Part shown: piece by piece, positions 38,559 through 46,754 of the stretch
Position numbering within the stretch: the stretch's first letter is position 1
How the letters are laid out: every line of letters starts with the position of its first letter
Source of the DNA: Candidatus Poribacteria bacterium
GTDB lineage: Bacteria > Poribacteria > WGA-4E > WGA-3G
Direction of reading: 5' to 3'
Assembly: GCA_965207855.1 (NCBI GenBank)
Contig: OZ242310.1
Span: 1,656,686 to 1,720,685 of the forward strand
Length of the DNA stretch: 64,000 nt
Translations under genes and position numbers: made by a program
Notes under the pieces: generated by a model
What the model saw: the letters and a program-made list of their open reading frames with translations, nothing else
What the model was told of the DNA's origin: nothing
Databases searched by the model: none

Positions 38559-39342
38559 AAACAATATGTGAATTTCTTTGAATAATGAGTGGTTCGGGAC
38601 CACCAACGGGAAAGTTGGATGCCCACTCGTTCGGATCGTAATCTCGCGTGACGAAACACGCACGATGTACCGGCGCAGCGTGCTTTAATCCGATACGCGT
38701 TGCCATTTTCACACACCCATCGTAGAATGGGAATTCACCTTCCGTTGGGTGGTTCGTCAGGAAACCGACATCCGGTTTGTATGCTGCCACTGCCGAAATC
38801 AGTTCATCATGTTCGGCGAAGTTGTTAATTGGATCTCCACTGAAATAGAGGGTTACACCGTTGCTGACAATGACGTAGCCCAGATGGGTGACATCCGGCG
38901 GGGCTATATCTGCAGACGCATCGCCTTCAGGCGGTTTGGCATAGACGGCATGCACGGTGAGATTACTGAGTGTTGCCGATTCTCCAGCACGGATTTCCGA
39001 AACATTTGCTGCAGCCACATCTGTTTCTGATAGAATCTGGCGTGTGCTCTCTTCAGGTCCAAAAAAGCAAGTGGCATCGGAGGTCTCCCAAATTCTGCGA
39101 ATCGATTCTGAACAGGTATGATCTCCGTGGGCGTGTGTTAAAAGGACGAAATCGGTTGGAAGTGTTGATTCGTCGAGTGGCGGTTCGGCATGAATGAAAC
39201 GATCCGCCGGACGTTCCCGTGGAAAATACGGATCAATCTGGACAATCGTGCCAGCCGAATCCTTTACCGCAAAACTGCTCTGTTCAAACCAATGAACAGC
39301 AACGGAGCCTTCTGGCACTTTCAAGTCAACGAGTGGATGCAT
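38554..39342 (-). CDS. MBL-fold metallo-hydrolase
   Basis: LLTHAHGDH metal-binding motif. Confidence 0.8.
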   Translation of the reverse strand: MHPLVDLKVPEGSVAVHWFEQSSFAVKDSAGTIVQIDPYFPRERPADRFIHAEPPLDESTLPTDFVLLTHAHGDHTCSESIRRIWETSDATCFFGPEESTRQILSETDVAAANVSEIRAGESATLSNLTVHAVYAKPPEGDASADIAPPDVTHLGYVIVSNGVTLYFSGDPINNFAEHDELISAVAAYKPDVGFLTNHPTEGEFPFYDGCVKMATRIGLKHAAPVHRACFVTRDYDPNEWASNFPVGGPEPLIIQRNSHIVY

Positions 39343-39402
39343 TATGAATTCCTTTTTTAATAGTTATCAGTTGTCAGCTTTCAGCCACCGGTAAAATGTA
39401 AG

Positions 39403-39876
39403 TCAGGAACGTTTCTTTCTTTGCTGATTGCTGACTGCTGATTGCTGACGACTTCTATAATAGAGATAGACACCAAAGACACCCGCAATTGATCCGACCA
39501 CATCTGCAACCCAATCTGCGAGAGTAGCGAATCTACCGGGAACAAAGCTCTGGTGCCATTCGTCGCTCGCACCATAGAGAATTGACAACAGTGCTGCCAT
39601 AAACCACACCAGATGTGATGGCACTACTGTGGGTTTTGCTTTCACAAAGGCACGTGTGAGTAAGCCGCCAAGTATGGCGTATTCGATAAAATGGTAGAGT
39701 TTGTCAATCGTCAGCCACTCAAATTCTGGCATCGGCAGCGGCGGCTGCTCCATGGACGAGATGGCAAAAATGAGAACCATGTATAGAACAGGGGGCACCC
39801 AATATTTTAACGTTCCTTGCGGTTCGATAAGGTTCGCCTGAAATTTCACGTTTGTCTCCGTAGATCCGCCTTCCAC
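39403..39876 (-). CDS. VanZ family membrane protein
   Basis: DKLYHFIEYAILG and ASDEWHQSFVPGR motifs with four TM segments. GTG start. The C-terminal tail is encoded by heptamer repeats. Confidence 0.7.
   Translation of the reverse strand: MEGGSTETNVKFQANLIEPQGTLKYWVPPVLYMVLIFAISSMEQPPLPMPEFEWLTIDKLYHFIEYAILGGLLTRAFVKAKPTVVPSHLVWFMAALLSILYGASDEWHQSFVPGRFATLADWVADVVGSIAGVFGVYLYYRSRQQSAVSNQQRKKRS
39421..39448. repeat. heptamer tandem repeat inside the 3' end of the vanZ-like gene
   Basis: TTGCTGA TTGCTGA CTGCTGA TTGCTGA. Confidence 0.6.
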
Positions 39877-39930
39877 TTCGTTTCAGGCTTCGCGCTTTTT
39901 CCAATTTTCCGTGATACTCGCCTTTAGGAG

Positions 39931-41898
39931 TTATCCGCTCAGAGCATTAATGATTGCATCTACATCGTAGACACATCCGCCCCATGTACCACCGCCGACA
40001 GATTGTAACGCTGCCCAGAGCCTTGTATCGTCTGGTAACGCCTCGTCCGGTGAAAGATCTGCCCTCGGTTGACGTTCTGCTAACAGACGTTCACCCGCTT
40101 CAGCACCGAAATGCTCACCTCCGTGTCCTACCAGATCAATACTGCCTACGAGTCGCCGGGTATCAATCTCAATCTGAATTATATCGCCATCAAGCACCTT
40201 GCCAATAGGACCGCCTGCGAGTGCCTCCGGTCCGACGTGTCCGATACATGCCCCCGTCGAAACCCCAGAGAACCGTGCATCCGTAATCAAGGCAATATTT
40301 TTACCGAACGAAAGATGTTTCAACGCAGCCGTGAGTTGGTAGACCTCTTCCATACCCGTGCCTTGTGGTCCCCGGCAACACAGCACTATGATGTCCCCCG
40401 GTTGGATATTCCCTTCGGCTTGTCCTTTAAGCGTCTGGATCGCATCAGATTCACGAACAAAGACCCGCGCAGGTCCCGTCATCCGATACACGCCATCTGC
40501 ACCGACGACACTTGGGTCAATAGCAGTGCTTTTGATGACAGATCCCTCTGGTGCGAGATTGCCGCGTGGGAACGTGACAGTGCTTGTCAACCCCGCTGCC
40601 GCTGCGGCATCTGGATTTAGGATGACATCATCAGGAGAGACGTTATCCGTTGCTTCGAGGATTTCACGGACACGTGCGCGCCGTTCAGACGCTGCCCACC
40701 AATCAAGGTTGCTACCGAGAGATTCGCCTGTTACCGTTAACACGTCTTCATTGAGGCATCCGAGTTCACGTAGGTGTAACATAACTTCAGGGACACCACC
40801 GGCGAGGAAGACCTGTACCGTCGGGTGTCCAACAGGTCCGTTCGGAAGCACATCCACGAGACGTGGGACGTTCTGATTGACTTCAGTCCAATCCTCTACA
40901 GAGGGTCGTTGGAGTCCAGCAGCGTGTGCAATCGCGGGAATGTGCAGTAGGAGATTCGTCGATCCACCAAACGCTGCATGCACTACCATAGCATTCCGGA
41001 TTGACTCTGATGTAACGATGTCATTCATCGTCAAACCCTTGGCAGCCAAGTTCACCACAGCGCGGGCTGAACGGAGTCCCATATCCGACCAGATGTTCTG
41101 TCCAGACGGTGCTAACGCCGTATGGGTCAGGCTCATACCTAACGCTTCACCGACCACCTGAGAAGTCGCTGCGGTGCCAAGGAATTGACAACCGCCACCG
41201 GGTGTCGCACAGGCACGGCATCCCATGTCCGCCGCGTCTTGTAGACTTATTTCACCGTGTGCAAAACGCGCACCAATTGTCTGTATCTTTCCTGCATCCT
41301 CACCTGTGGTCGGTGGCAGTGTCACACCACCCGGAACGAGGACAGCGGGTAACTCCCGCATTGAAGCGAGTGCCATCATCATTGCCGGTAGACCTTTATC
41401 GCACGTAGCAACACCCACAACACCTTTCCGCGTCGGTAGAGAACGGATGAGTCGGCGGAAAACCTGTGCAGCGTCATTGCGATAGGCGAGACTGTCCATC
41501 ATACCGACGGTGCCTTGTGTCCGTCCATCGCACGGGTCGGAACAGTAGCCTGCAAACGGAATTGCAGCGAGTTCTTTAAGTTCGTATGCGACTGCCTGCA
41601 TGAGAAGCCCGACCTCCCAATGCCCAGTGTGGTATCCGAGTGCAATAGGCGTGCCGTCAGGGGCGCGGATACCGCCTTGCGTGCTGAGAATCAGAAATTC
41701 TTCGCGTCGGAGTTCCGTCGGTGCCCATCCCATCGCTGTGTTGTGGCTCAAGCCAAATATATCGCCACTCGGTCGGGTGAGGAGCATCTCTTCCGTCAGC
41801 GGTAGGCTGCCTTCGGGCCCCGCGGCATGCGTTTGGATGTCGTAAATACCACCATCACCCGTTTCTAAAATGTCGGTGTAGTTAATCGGTTTTGCCAT
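39931..41898 (-). CDS. IlvD/Edd-family sugar-acid dehydratase (YjhG/YagF-type xylonate dehydratase)
   Basis: 655 aa, and the sequence appears collinear with E. coli YjhG/YagF as I remember them. Recalled matches include [63 protein letters not shown] and [12 protein letters not shown]. Confidence 0.85.
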   Translation of the reverse strand: MAKPINYTDILETGDGGIYDIQTHAAGPEGSLPLTEEMLLTRPSGDIFGLSHNTAMGWAPTELRREEFLILSTQGGIRAPDGTPIALGYHTGHWEVGLLMQAVAYELKELAAIPFAGYCSDPCDGRTQGTVGMMDSLAYRNDAAQVFRRLIRSLPTRKGVVGVATCDKGLPAMMMALASMRELPAVLVPGGVTLPPTTGEDAGKIQTIGARFAHGEISLQDAADMGCRACATPGGGCQFLGTAATSQVVGEALGMSLTHTALAPSGQNIWSDMGLRSARAVVNLAAKGLTMNDIVTSESIRNAMVVHAAFGGSTNLLLHIPAIAHAAGLQRPSVEDWTEVNQNVPRLVDVLPNGPVGHPTVQVFLAGGVPEVMLHLRELGCLNEDVLTVTGESLGSNLDWWAASERRARVREILEATDNVSPDDVILNPDAAAAAGLTSTVTFPRGNLAPEGSVIKSTAIDPSVVGADGVYRMTGPARVFVRESDAIQTLKGQAEGNIQPGDIIVLCCRGPQGTGMEEVYQLTAALKHLSFGKNIALITDARFSGVSTGACIGHVGPEALAGGPIGKVLDGDIIQIEIDTRRLVGSIDLVGHGGEHFGAEAGERLLAERQPRADLSPDEALPDDTRLWAALQSVGGGTWGGCVYDVDAIINALSG

Positions 41899-41959
41899 TA
41901 TGCAGTATCTCCATTTCTGTTCTTTTTCACATTCATGCCCTTTTGTTCACTCTCGGTTT

Positions 41960-42526
41960 CTATTCAAACAATTGTGCCACAGGACACGTAAACCCTTCAA
42001 CGACATCCTCCCCTGTCAATGTGTCTTCAAAATTCAGCAGTATAAAGTCCATTTCAGAACGATAGACCATAACCGTTTTCATAATCGGTTCAATAACCCA
42101 GACCAAGCGTGTCCCTGCCTTCAGATAGGCTAACGCCTTTTCGGTGACATCATAATGCTTATCTGTTGGCGAAACGATCTCAATAGCGAGGTCAGGTGCT
42201 ACTGAGAATCCTTTTAGCTTATCTTCTGACAACCGTTCTGTCGAGACAAACGCAACGTCTGGTTTCACTACCCGATCCCCTAATTGAAATGTCGTTTCTG
42301 CAATATATAAACGCCCTAATTTATTTTCACGAACGTGCGATGCCAAAAGAAAATGAACGTTAGATCCTATTTCACCATGCACAATTGCGGCAGCTGCCAT
42401 CGGCACCAATTCTCCTTTTATGTACTCATACCCCTCGAAATCGTTTTCAAGAAACGCCTCCAGTGTTATTGAGTGAGGCACTGGTCTCTCTTGAATAGAT
42501 TCAGCGTTCGTCTGCGAATTAGGCAT
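41960..42526 (-). CDS. Uma2 family (DUF820) endonuclease
   Basis: PDLAIEIVSPTD catalytic-core motif of the restriction-endonuclease-like Uma2 family. Confidence 0.8.
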   Translation of the reverse strand: MPNSQTNAESIQERPVPHSITLEAFLENDFEGYEYIKGELVPMAAAAIVHGEIGSNVHFLLASHVRENKLGRLYIAETTFQLGDRVVKPDVAFVSTERLSEDKLKGFSVAPDLAIEIVSPTDKHYDVTEKALAYLKAGTRLVWVIEPIMKTVMVYRSEMDFILLNFEDTLTGEDVVEGFTCPVAQLFE

Positions 42527-42543
42527 CGGTTTCCTCCTCTTTC

Positions 42544-42570
42544 GTAGGAGCGATCTTCTGATCGCGACAT
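42544..42570 (+). repeat. GTAGG-headed hairpin (REP-like family)
   Basis: GTAGG AGCGATC ttct GATCGCG ACAT. Confidence 0.45.
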
Positions 42571-42573
42571 CTT

Positions 42574-44805
42574 CTATTTTTTCTGCTCTATAAGCAGCTT
42601 CGCAACCTCGGTTCTACCTGCTTTGACTTCCGCCTCGTTCACCTCTATCTGTAGCATTCCAGCCACGAATTGCGTCAGTTGCCAGTCAACTTTCGTGACG
42701 GCCAGAGGGGTCATACCTTGATTATCTTGGATGGTCGTATCCGCACCCTTTTCTAAAAGTAACTTTGCTGTTTCAGCGTGTCCGAAGAAAGCCGCTGCGT
42801 GTAGTGCGGTTCCACCGTCTCGACTCTTTGCATTGATGTCCGCGCCGTGTTCGAGGAGCATCGTGACTGCCGCTGTGTGTCCCATTAATGCTGTTGTGCT
42901 CAACAGTGTTGACCCGAATTCCATGTGCATGGCATTGGGGTCCGCGCCATCTGCTAAAGCCTGTTTCAGTGCCGCGGTGTTACCCGTGAATGCTGCCGCC
43001 CATATATCACCTATGACTGTGCCTGATTCCGAGGGTGGTTCGACCTTGAGCATCTCGGCAATTTTGGCTTTCCCTGCTGCCACCTGTTCCTGTTCGAGTT
43101 TTACGCCTAACGATCTCGACAAAAACTGCGTCATTTCCCAAGGAACCGCCAAAATGTCTATAGGTGTTGCGCCGTCGCCATTTTTTGCCTTTACATCAGC
43201 ACCGTTGTTTATGAGCAGCTCGGCAGTTTCAGCGCGCCCTAAAAACGCAGCCAAATGCAAAGCCGTATTACCATCTTGATTTCTTCCGTTGATATCCGCC
43301 CCATGTTCGAGCAGCAGTTCAGCAGCAGCTGTTTGCCCCATCATCGCTGCCCATGCCAACGGCGGCATCTCAAAACGCATCTCATTAACATCGGCACCCT
43401 CTGCTATGTGTTGTTTGATCGCTGCGATGTCTCCGGCGCGCGCAGCACCTATTAGGGTATTTTCTGTTAATTTTAGAAAACCTTTCATGAGGTCGCCATC
43501 TTCTGGAATAGCGAACGGCGGATCGGGTTGTTTGTTCCATATCGGCATTCCGTCGGCAATTTCCCGCTGTATATCATCTTTACGATTGCGAATGAAGTCG
43601 CGTGCTGCTTCTAATTCGCTTTCAAAAGTCGGTTTAGACTCGTTTCCTCCCCCTCCCCCTCTGCCCCATTCTTCTTCAATCACACGCTGAGCAGGCACTA
43701 AATGTGGTTCAACCCTCACAGCGACTTTATCTAACGTCGCTAACAATTCCGCTGTATTCCAGTGTTTGTCTAAAATCTCAGTGAGTACTTTCCTATATTG
43801 TTGCCGTCCGGACTCGAATTGGTACAACTTATAGGCAATCAGCCCTTGTGTCTTGACAGAGATCGGTGCATTCTTGTCGTTCATGAACTCAATTTTACTG
43901 TGCTTGGTAAAGACAGAGTCCATACCCCACGGAATGAAGTAAAATTTATTATCATCAGGGTTCAAATAGGCAAAAAAGTTGTTTTTGTTCCCAGAGTAAC
44001 CGTCCCAGAACCCGACCAAACTTTCAATTGCCCAGAATTTATAAAACGACTCCAAGTCTACCAACTTACCGATGTCAGCCTCCGTTGCTTTCGGGTCCGC
44101 CAAAAGGTTAATCAAGGCTTTAATGTGTGCCCTGCCCCGTGTGTCGTCGCCACGTTTATGTTCAAGGCTGTTTTCCCAACCTTCATAAAAATCTACGACT
44201 GTTCCTTCATAGAGGGGACCGTTGCTATTCCCGAAAGCGCGTTTCAACAAAGGGGGTCGAATGGTCTCCACGTGTGCGTAGACGCCGAGATTTTTGCCGT
44301 TTACCGTCACCTTCGCATACGCGCATCGCGGTGCGGGTGATCCGATTGCGTTAAACAGTGCATACCCTATAAACTGGCTCACCAAACCTGTGTCCTGTTT
44401 GTTGTTATTAAGAGTAAGGTTTGTGAGTCCCTCAATCTCACCATCTTTGTCAACGTGATTTAATTTGATTTTCAGCGACGGACGCGTGTGGCTGAGCGAA
44501 CCGATAAACCCTTTTTTACGGATCCCGACTTTTGAGAAAACCACGCCATCAATGCTGACACTCCCTTCAACATAAGTATATGGACTCTCCATCGGCTTGA
44601 ATTGCCGGGAGGCACCGAGTGCTGTCCTGATATCCCGCGACTGATACCGGAGTGTATCCCAATCCTGCTGCGAGAGTGTAATCTGCACATCTATAATGCG
44701 ATCGGTTGGGAAAATATCATCTAATGTCAATTCTTTTGCGTGCGTATTGTGTGCAGCAAACGTAAAACAGAGAACGATTGTTAAGCATGTTGTCAATTTT
44801 GCCAT
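42574..44805 (-). CDS. secreted CotH kinase-family domain fused to two ankyrin-repeat modules
   Basis: Signal peptide MAKLTTCLTIVLCFTFAAHNTHA. CotH pattern: KKGFIGSLSHTRPSLKIKLN, VNGKNLGVYAHVE, GPLYEG, FFAYLNPDDNKFYFIPWGMDSVF. C-terminal ANK repeats: GNTALHLAAFLGRAETAELLINNGADV and GGTALHAAAFFGHAETAKLLLEKGAD. Confidence 0.8.
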   Translation of the reverse strand: MAKLTTCLTIVLCFTFAAHNTHAKELTLDDIFPTDRIIDVQITLSQQDWDTLRYQSRDIRTALGASRQFKPMESPYTYVEGSVSIDGVVFSKVGIRKKGFIGSLSHTRPSLKIKLNHVDKDGEIEGLTNLTLNNNKQDTGLVSQFIGYALFNAIGSPAPRCAYAKVTVNGKNLGVYAHVETIRPPLLKRAFGNSNGPLYEGTVVDFYEGWENSLEHKRGDDTRGRAHIKALINLLADPKATEADIGKLVDLESFYKFWAIESLVGFWDGYSGNKNNFFAYLNPDDNKFYFIPWGMDSVFTKHSKIEFMNDKNAPISVKTQGLIAYKLYQFESGRQQYRKVLTEILDKHWNTAELLATLDKVAVRVEPHLVPAQRVIEEEWGRGGGGGNESKPTFESELEAARDFIRNRKDDIQREIADGMPIWNKQPDPPFAIPEDGDLMKGFLKLTENTLIGAARAGDIAAIKQHIAEGADVNEMRFEMPPLAWAAMMGQTAAAELLLEHGADINGRNQDGNTALHLAAFLGRAETAELLINNGADVKAKNGDGATPIDILAVPWEMTQFLSRSLGVKLEQEQVAAGKAKIAEMLKVEPPSESGTVIGDIWAAAFTGNTAALKQALADGADPNAMHMEFGSTLLSTTALMGHTAAVTMLLEHGADINAKSRDGGTALHAAAFFGHAETAKLLLEKGADTTIQDNQGMTPLAVTKVDWQLTQFVAGMLQIEVNEAEVKAGRTEVAKLLIEQKK

Positions 44806-44974
44806 TGTTTTTTCCTTATCCTTTGGACTTCAGTTTGTAATGTAGTATAGCATATTTTAGGTTTTTATGCTTGCAAATATAGTAGGCATCAAGTTTGAAT
44901 TAGTTAAGCAGTTTCAACAGTTGTTGGTAGGTTATTTGGTAGGATTGCCTGATTTACCATATCCTCAATTGAAG

Positions 44975-45003
44975 GTAGGTGCGGTTGAGGAAACCGCACC
45001 GAT
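44975..45003 (+). repeat. GTAGG-headed hairpin (REP-like family)
   Basis: GTAG GTGCGGTT gaggaa AACCGCAC CGAT. Confidence 0.55.
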
Positions 45004-45026
45004 TTAGGAAGAAAAACACTCAGGTA

Positions 45027-45857
45027 TTATTTGCTCTTAAGCGCGCCCCATGTTGTCGTTAGTTTACCCGCAGCGTCTACGGTCAGAATGTCCTTCGCGT
45101 TCATGACTGTTACAACCTCAGCCTCCGTTAGTGCGCGATCGTATACTGCCAGTTCGTCAAGCAAGCCTTTGTAGAGGTTAGCACCACCATTGGTATCAGG
45201 TCTACCCCCGATTTCAATATTGTTGTCGTTCCAGACCATCACGGGTCCGTTATTTGGAACATCTTTCTCACCCTCAAGTTTGCCATCAACGTAAATCTGA
45301 ATTTTCTCTCCGTCGAAAGTACCGACGACGTGATACCAGTTCTTCGGTTTTAAACCTAAATTAGGCAATGAAAGTGTTGTATCAACATCGGCACCGTTAA
45401 ACGGTCCCATCTTCTTCTGCCCGGAATTGATATACCAATATATGCCTTCACCGCTACCGAGTCCAAATTCTACGTTATCGTCACTTGTGCCTGATTTGTC
45501 ATAAAAAATATTGCCATAGACGTGTCCGTCGCCGAGAGCAGTATTTGATATTTCAAACGGATGTATCCAGACAGCGACAGTTAGATGCTCTACATAAAGT
45601 TCGCTCTGACCCCCTGGATCAATTATCAACGCCGGTCCCTCTGAGAATTCGATCGCCGTTCCAACTTTACCCTTGACGAATTTTGCGCTGTCATGAAGTT
45701 CTGCTTCAAACCCCTTCGGACCGACATCTTTAACGACATCGCCTTTCCCTTTGTTAAACGGCATATAGAAGTGTAGACCTTTTGTTACTTGTGCAGTTGC
45801 ATTGACGGTTACAACACAGAGCGCAAAAATCGCGAAAGTCCAAAAATATTTTCTCAT
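45027..45857 (-). CDS. secreted LamG (concanavalin A-like lectin) domain protein
   Basis: Signal peptide MRKYFWTFAIFALCVVTVNATA. WYHVVGTFDG...IYVDGKL...DELAVYDRALTEAEV. Ends in WGALKSK like its paralog. Confidence 0.7.
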   Translation of the reverse strand: MRKYFWTFAIFALCVVTVNATAQVTKGLHFYMPFNKGKGDVVKDVGPKGFEAELHDSAKFVKGKVGTAIEFSEGPALIIDPGGQSELYVEHLTVAVWIHPFEISNTALGDGHVYGNIFYDKSGTSDDNVEFGLGSGEGIYWYINSGQKKMGPFNGADVDTTLSLPNLGLKPKNWYHVVGTFDGEKIQIYVDGKLEGEKDVPNNGPVMVWNDNNIEIGGRPDTNGGANLYKGLLDELAVYDRALTEAEVVTVMNAKDILTVDAAGKLTTTWGALKSK

Positions 45858-46097
45858 TTTCTCACTCCTTTTCCATTTCTTAGTGCTATTTGCACCGCAT
45901 CCGTTTCAAAATTGCTGGAAATCTCACCATAAATATTACCATTTTAATAGCAATATAGACACGCGTCAAGAGGAAACGAGAACCCTTTTTTACGGAAAGT
46001 TTCAGGAGATTTCGCAAAAAAGATATTTAACTTTTTTCTTCAATTTTTGGGATTTTATCTGAAACCGATTTCGCGAATCCGACGTTTTATACTCTCA

Positions 46098-46137
46098 TAC
46101 ATGTCTACATGTTTGCATGTGCACATGTGTATATGCA
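46098..46137 (+). repeat. five tandem 8-bp iterons centred on ACATGT
   Basis: TACATGTC TACATGTT TGCATGTG CACATGTG TATATGCA, ending just before the GGAGG RBS of the RHH gene. Confidence 0.7.
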
Positions 46138-46153
46138 CGGAGGCATAAACGAT

Positions 46154-46393
46154 ATGAAAACAGTAGCTATTTTATCAGACAAAGGCGGAGTTGCCGTTGG
46201 AGATACACCGAAACCGACTGCAGCGGTACCGCCATCCCGTCAAGGGAAAAAGATGATTTCTGGTCATTTTGACAAGGATGTGCATCGGCAGTTGAAAATG
46301 CTCGCGCTTGAAAAAGACACGAGTATTCAAAGTTTGCTGAGTGAGGCATTGAATGCGTTGTTTGAGCGGAATAACAAACCGCCGATAGCGTGA
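46154..46393 (+). CDS. ribbon-helix-helix (CopG/ParG-like) protein with ParA-like N-terminal remnant
   Basis: GGAGG upstream of ATG 46154. The N-terminus MKTVAILSDKGGVAVGDT resembles the deviant Walker A start of ParA/MinD ATPases. The C-terminal KKMISGHFDKDVHRQLKMLALEKDTSIQSLLSEALNALF is RHH-like. Confidence 0.5.
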   Translation: MKTVAILSDKGGVAVGDTPKPTAAVPPSRQGKKMISGHFDKDVHRQLKMLALEKDTSIQSLLSEALNALFERNNKPPIA

Positions 46394-46410
46394 AATACCG
46401 GGAGGGTATC

Positions 46411-46608
46411 ATGATTTCCAACGCGGATTGGAGAGTTTTAGAAAGAACGAACCGGATGCTGGCGTTGAGTTGGGAGGCACTTAGACGCGCGCGGGCAACT
46501 AAGGATAATCACACCATCAAAATGGCTGAAATGAACTACTTTCAGGCATTGCAAAGTGTGCTTGTCTCTACGCAAAACGCGGTTTCTCAGTATACGATGT
46601 CAAAGTAA
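46411..46608 (+). CDS. hypothetical small protein
   Basis: GGGAGG lies 5 nt upstream of ATG 46411. 65 aa, helical, no recognisable motif. Confidence 0.4.
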   Translation: MISNADWRVLERTNRMLALSWEALRRARATKDNHTIKMAEMNYFQALQSVLVSTQNAVSQYTMSK

Positions 46609-46710
46609 AGGGGTAGAGGCAGTTTCTAAGTTGTGTTTTTGAGGCGCAATTTGTCTCTGTTGGGCATTTGGGAAATTTTTTGAATTGATTCTTGTTCTGT
46701 TTTAACGCGG

Positions 46711-46742
46711 TAAGGGGAACAACGTGATTGTTGTTCCCCTTA
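46711..46742. terminator. bidirectional hairpin terminator
   Basis: TAAGGGGAACAAC / GTTGTTCCCCTTA forms a 13-bp perfect stem with a 6-nt loop, followed by TGTTTTTGG on the plus strand. It lies between convergent genes. Confidence 0.7.
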
Positions 46743-46754
46743 TGTTTTTGGTGT

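Noticed and set aside
37864-39448. Possibility that the short tandem repeats are a CRISPR array.
   Set aside because: The repeat unit is 7 nt with no spacers, and there are no cas genes. CRISPR repeats are about 24-48 nt separated by unique spacers.
40111-41845. Several 80-170-aa plus-strand ORFs.
   Set aside because: All are antisense to the IlvD/Edd-family dehydratase, whose full-length collinearity with YjhG/YagF leaves no room for overlapping genes.
42731-43690. 182-aa and 133-aa Ala/Ser-rich ORFs on the plus strand.
   Set aside because: They are antisense to the ankyrin-repeat coding region of the CotH-ANK gene. Their composition mirrors ANK codons read in reverse.
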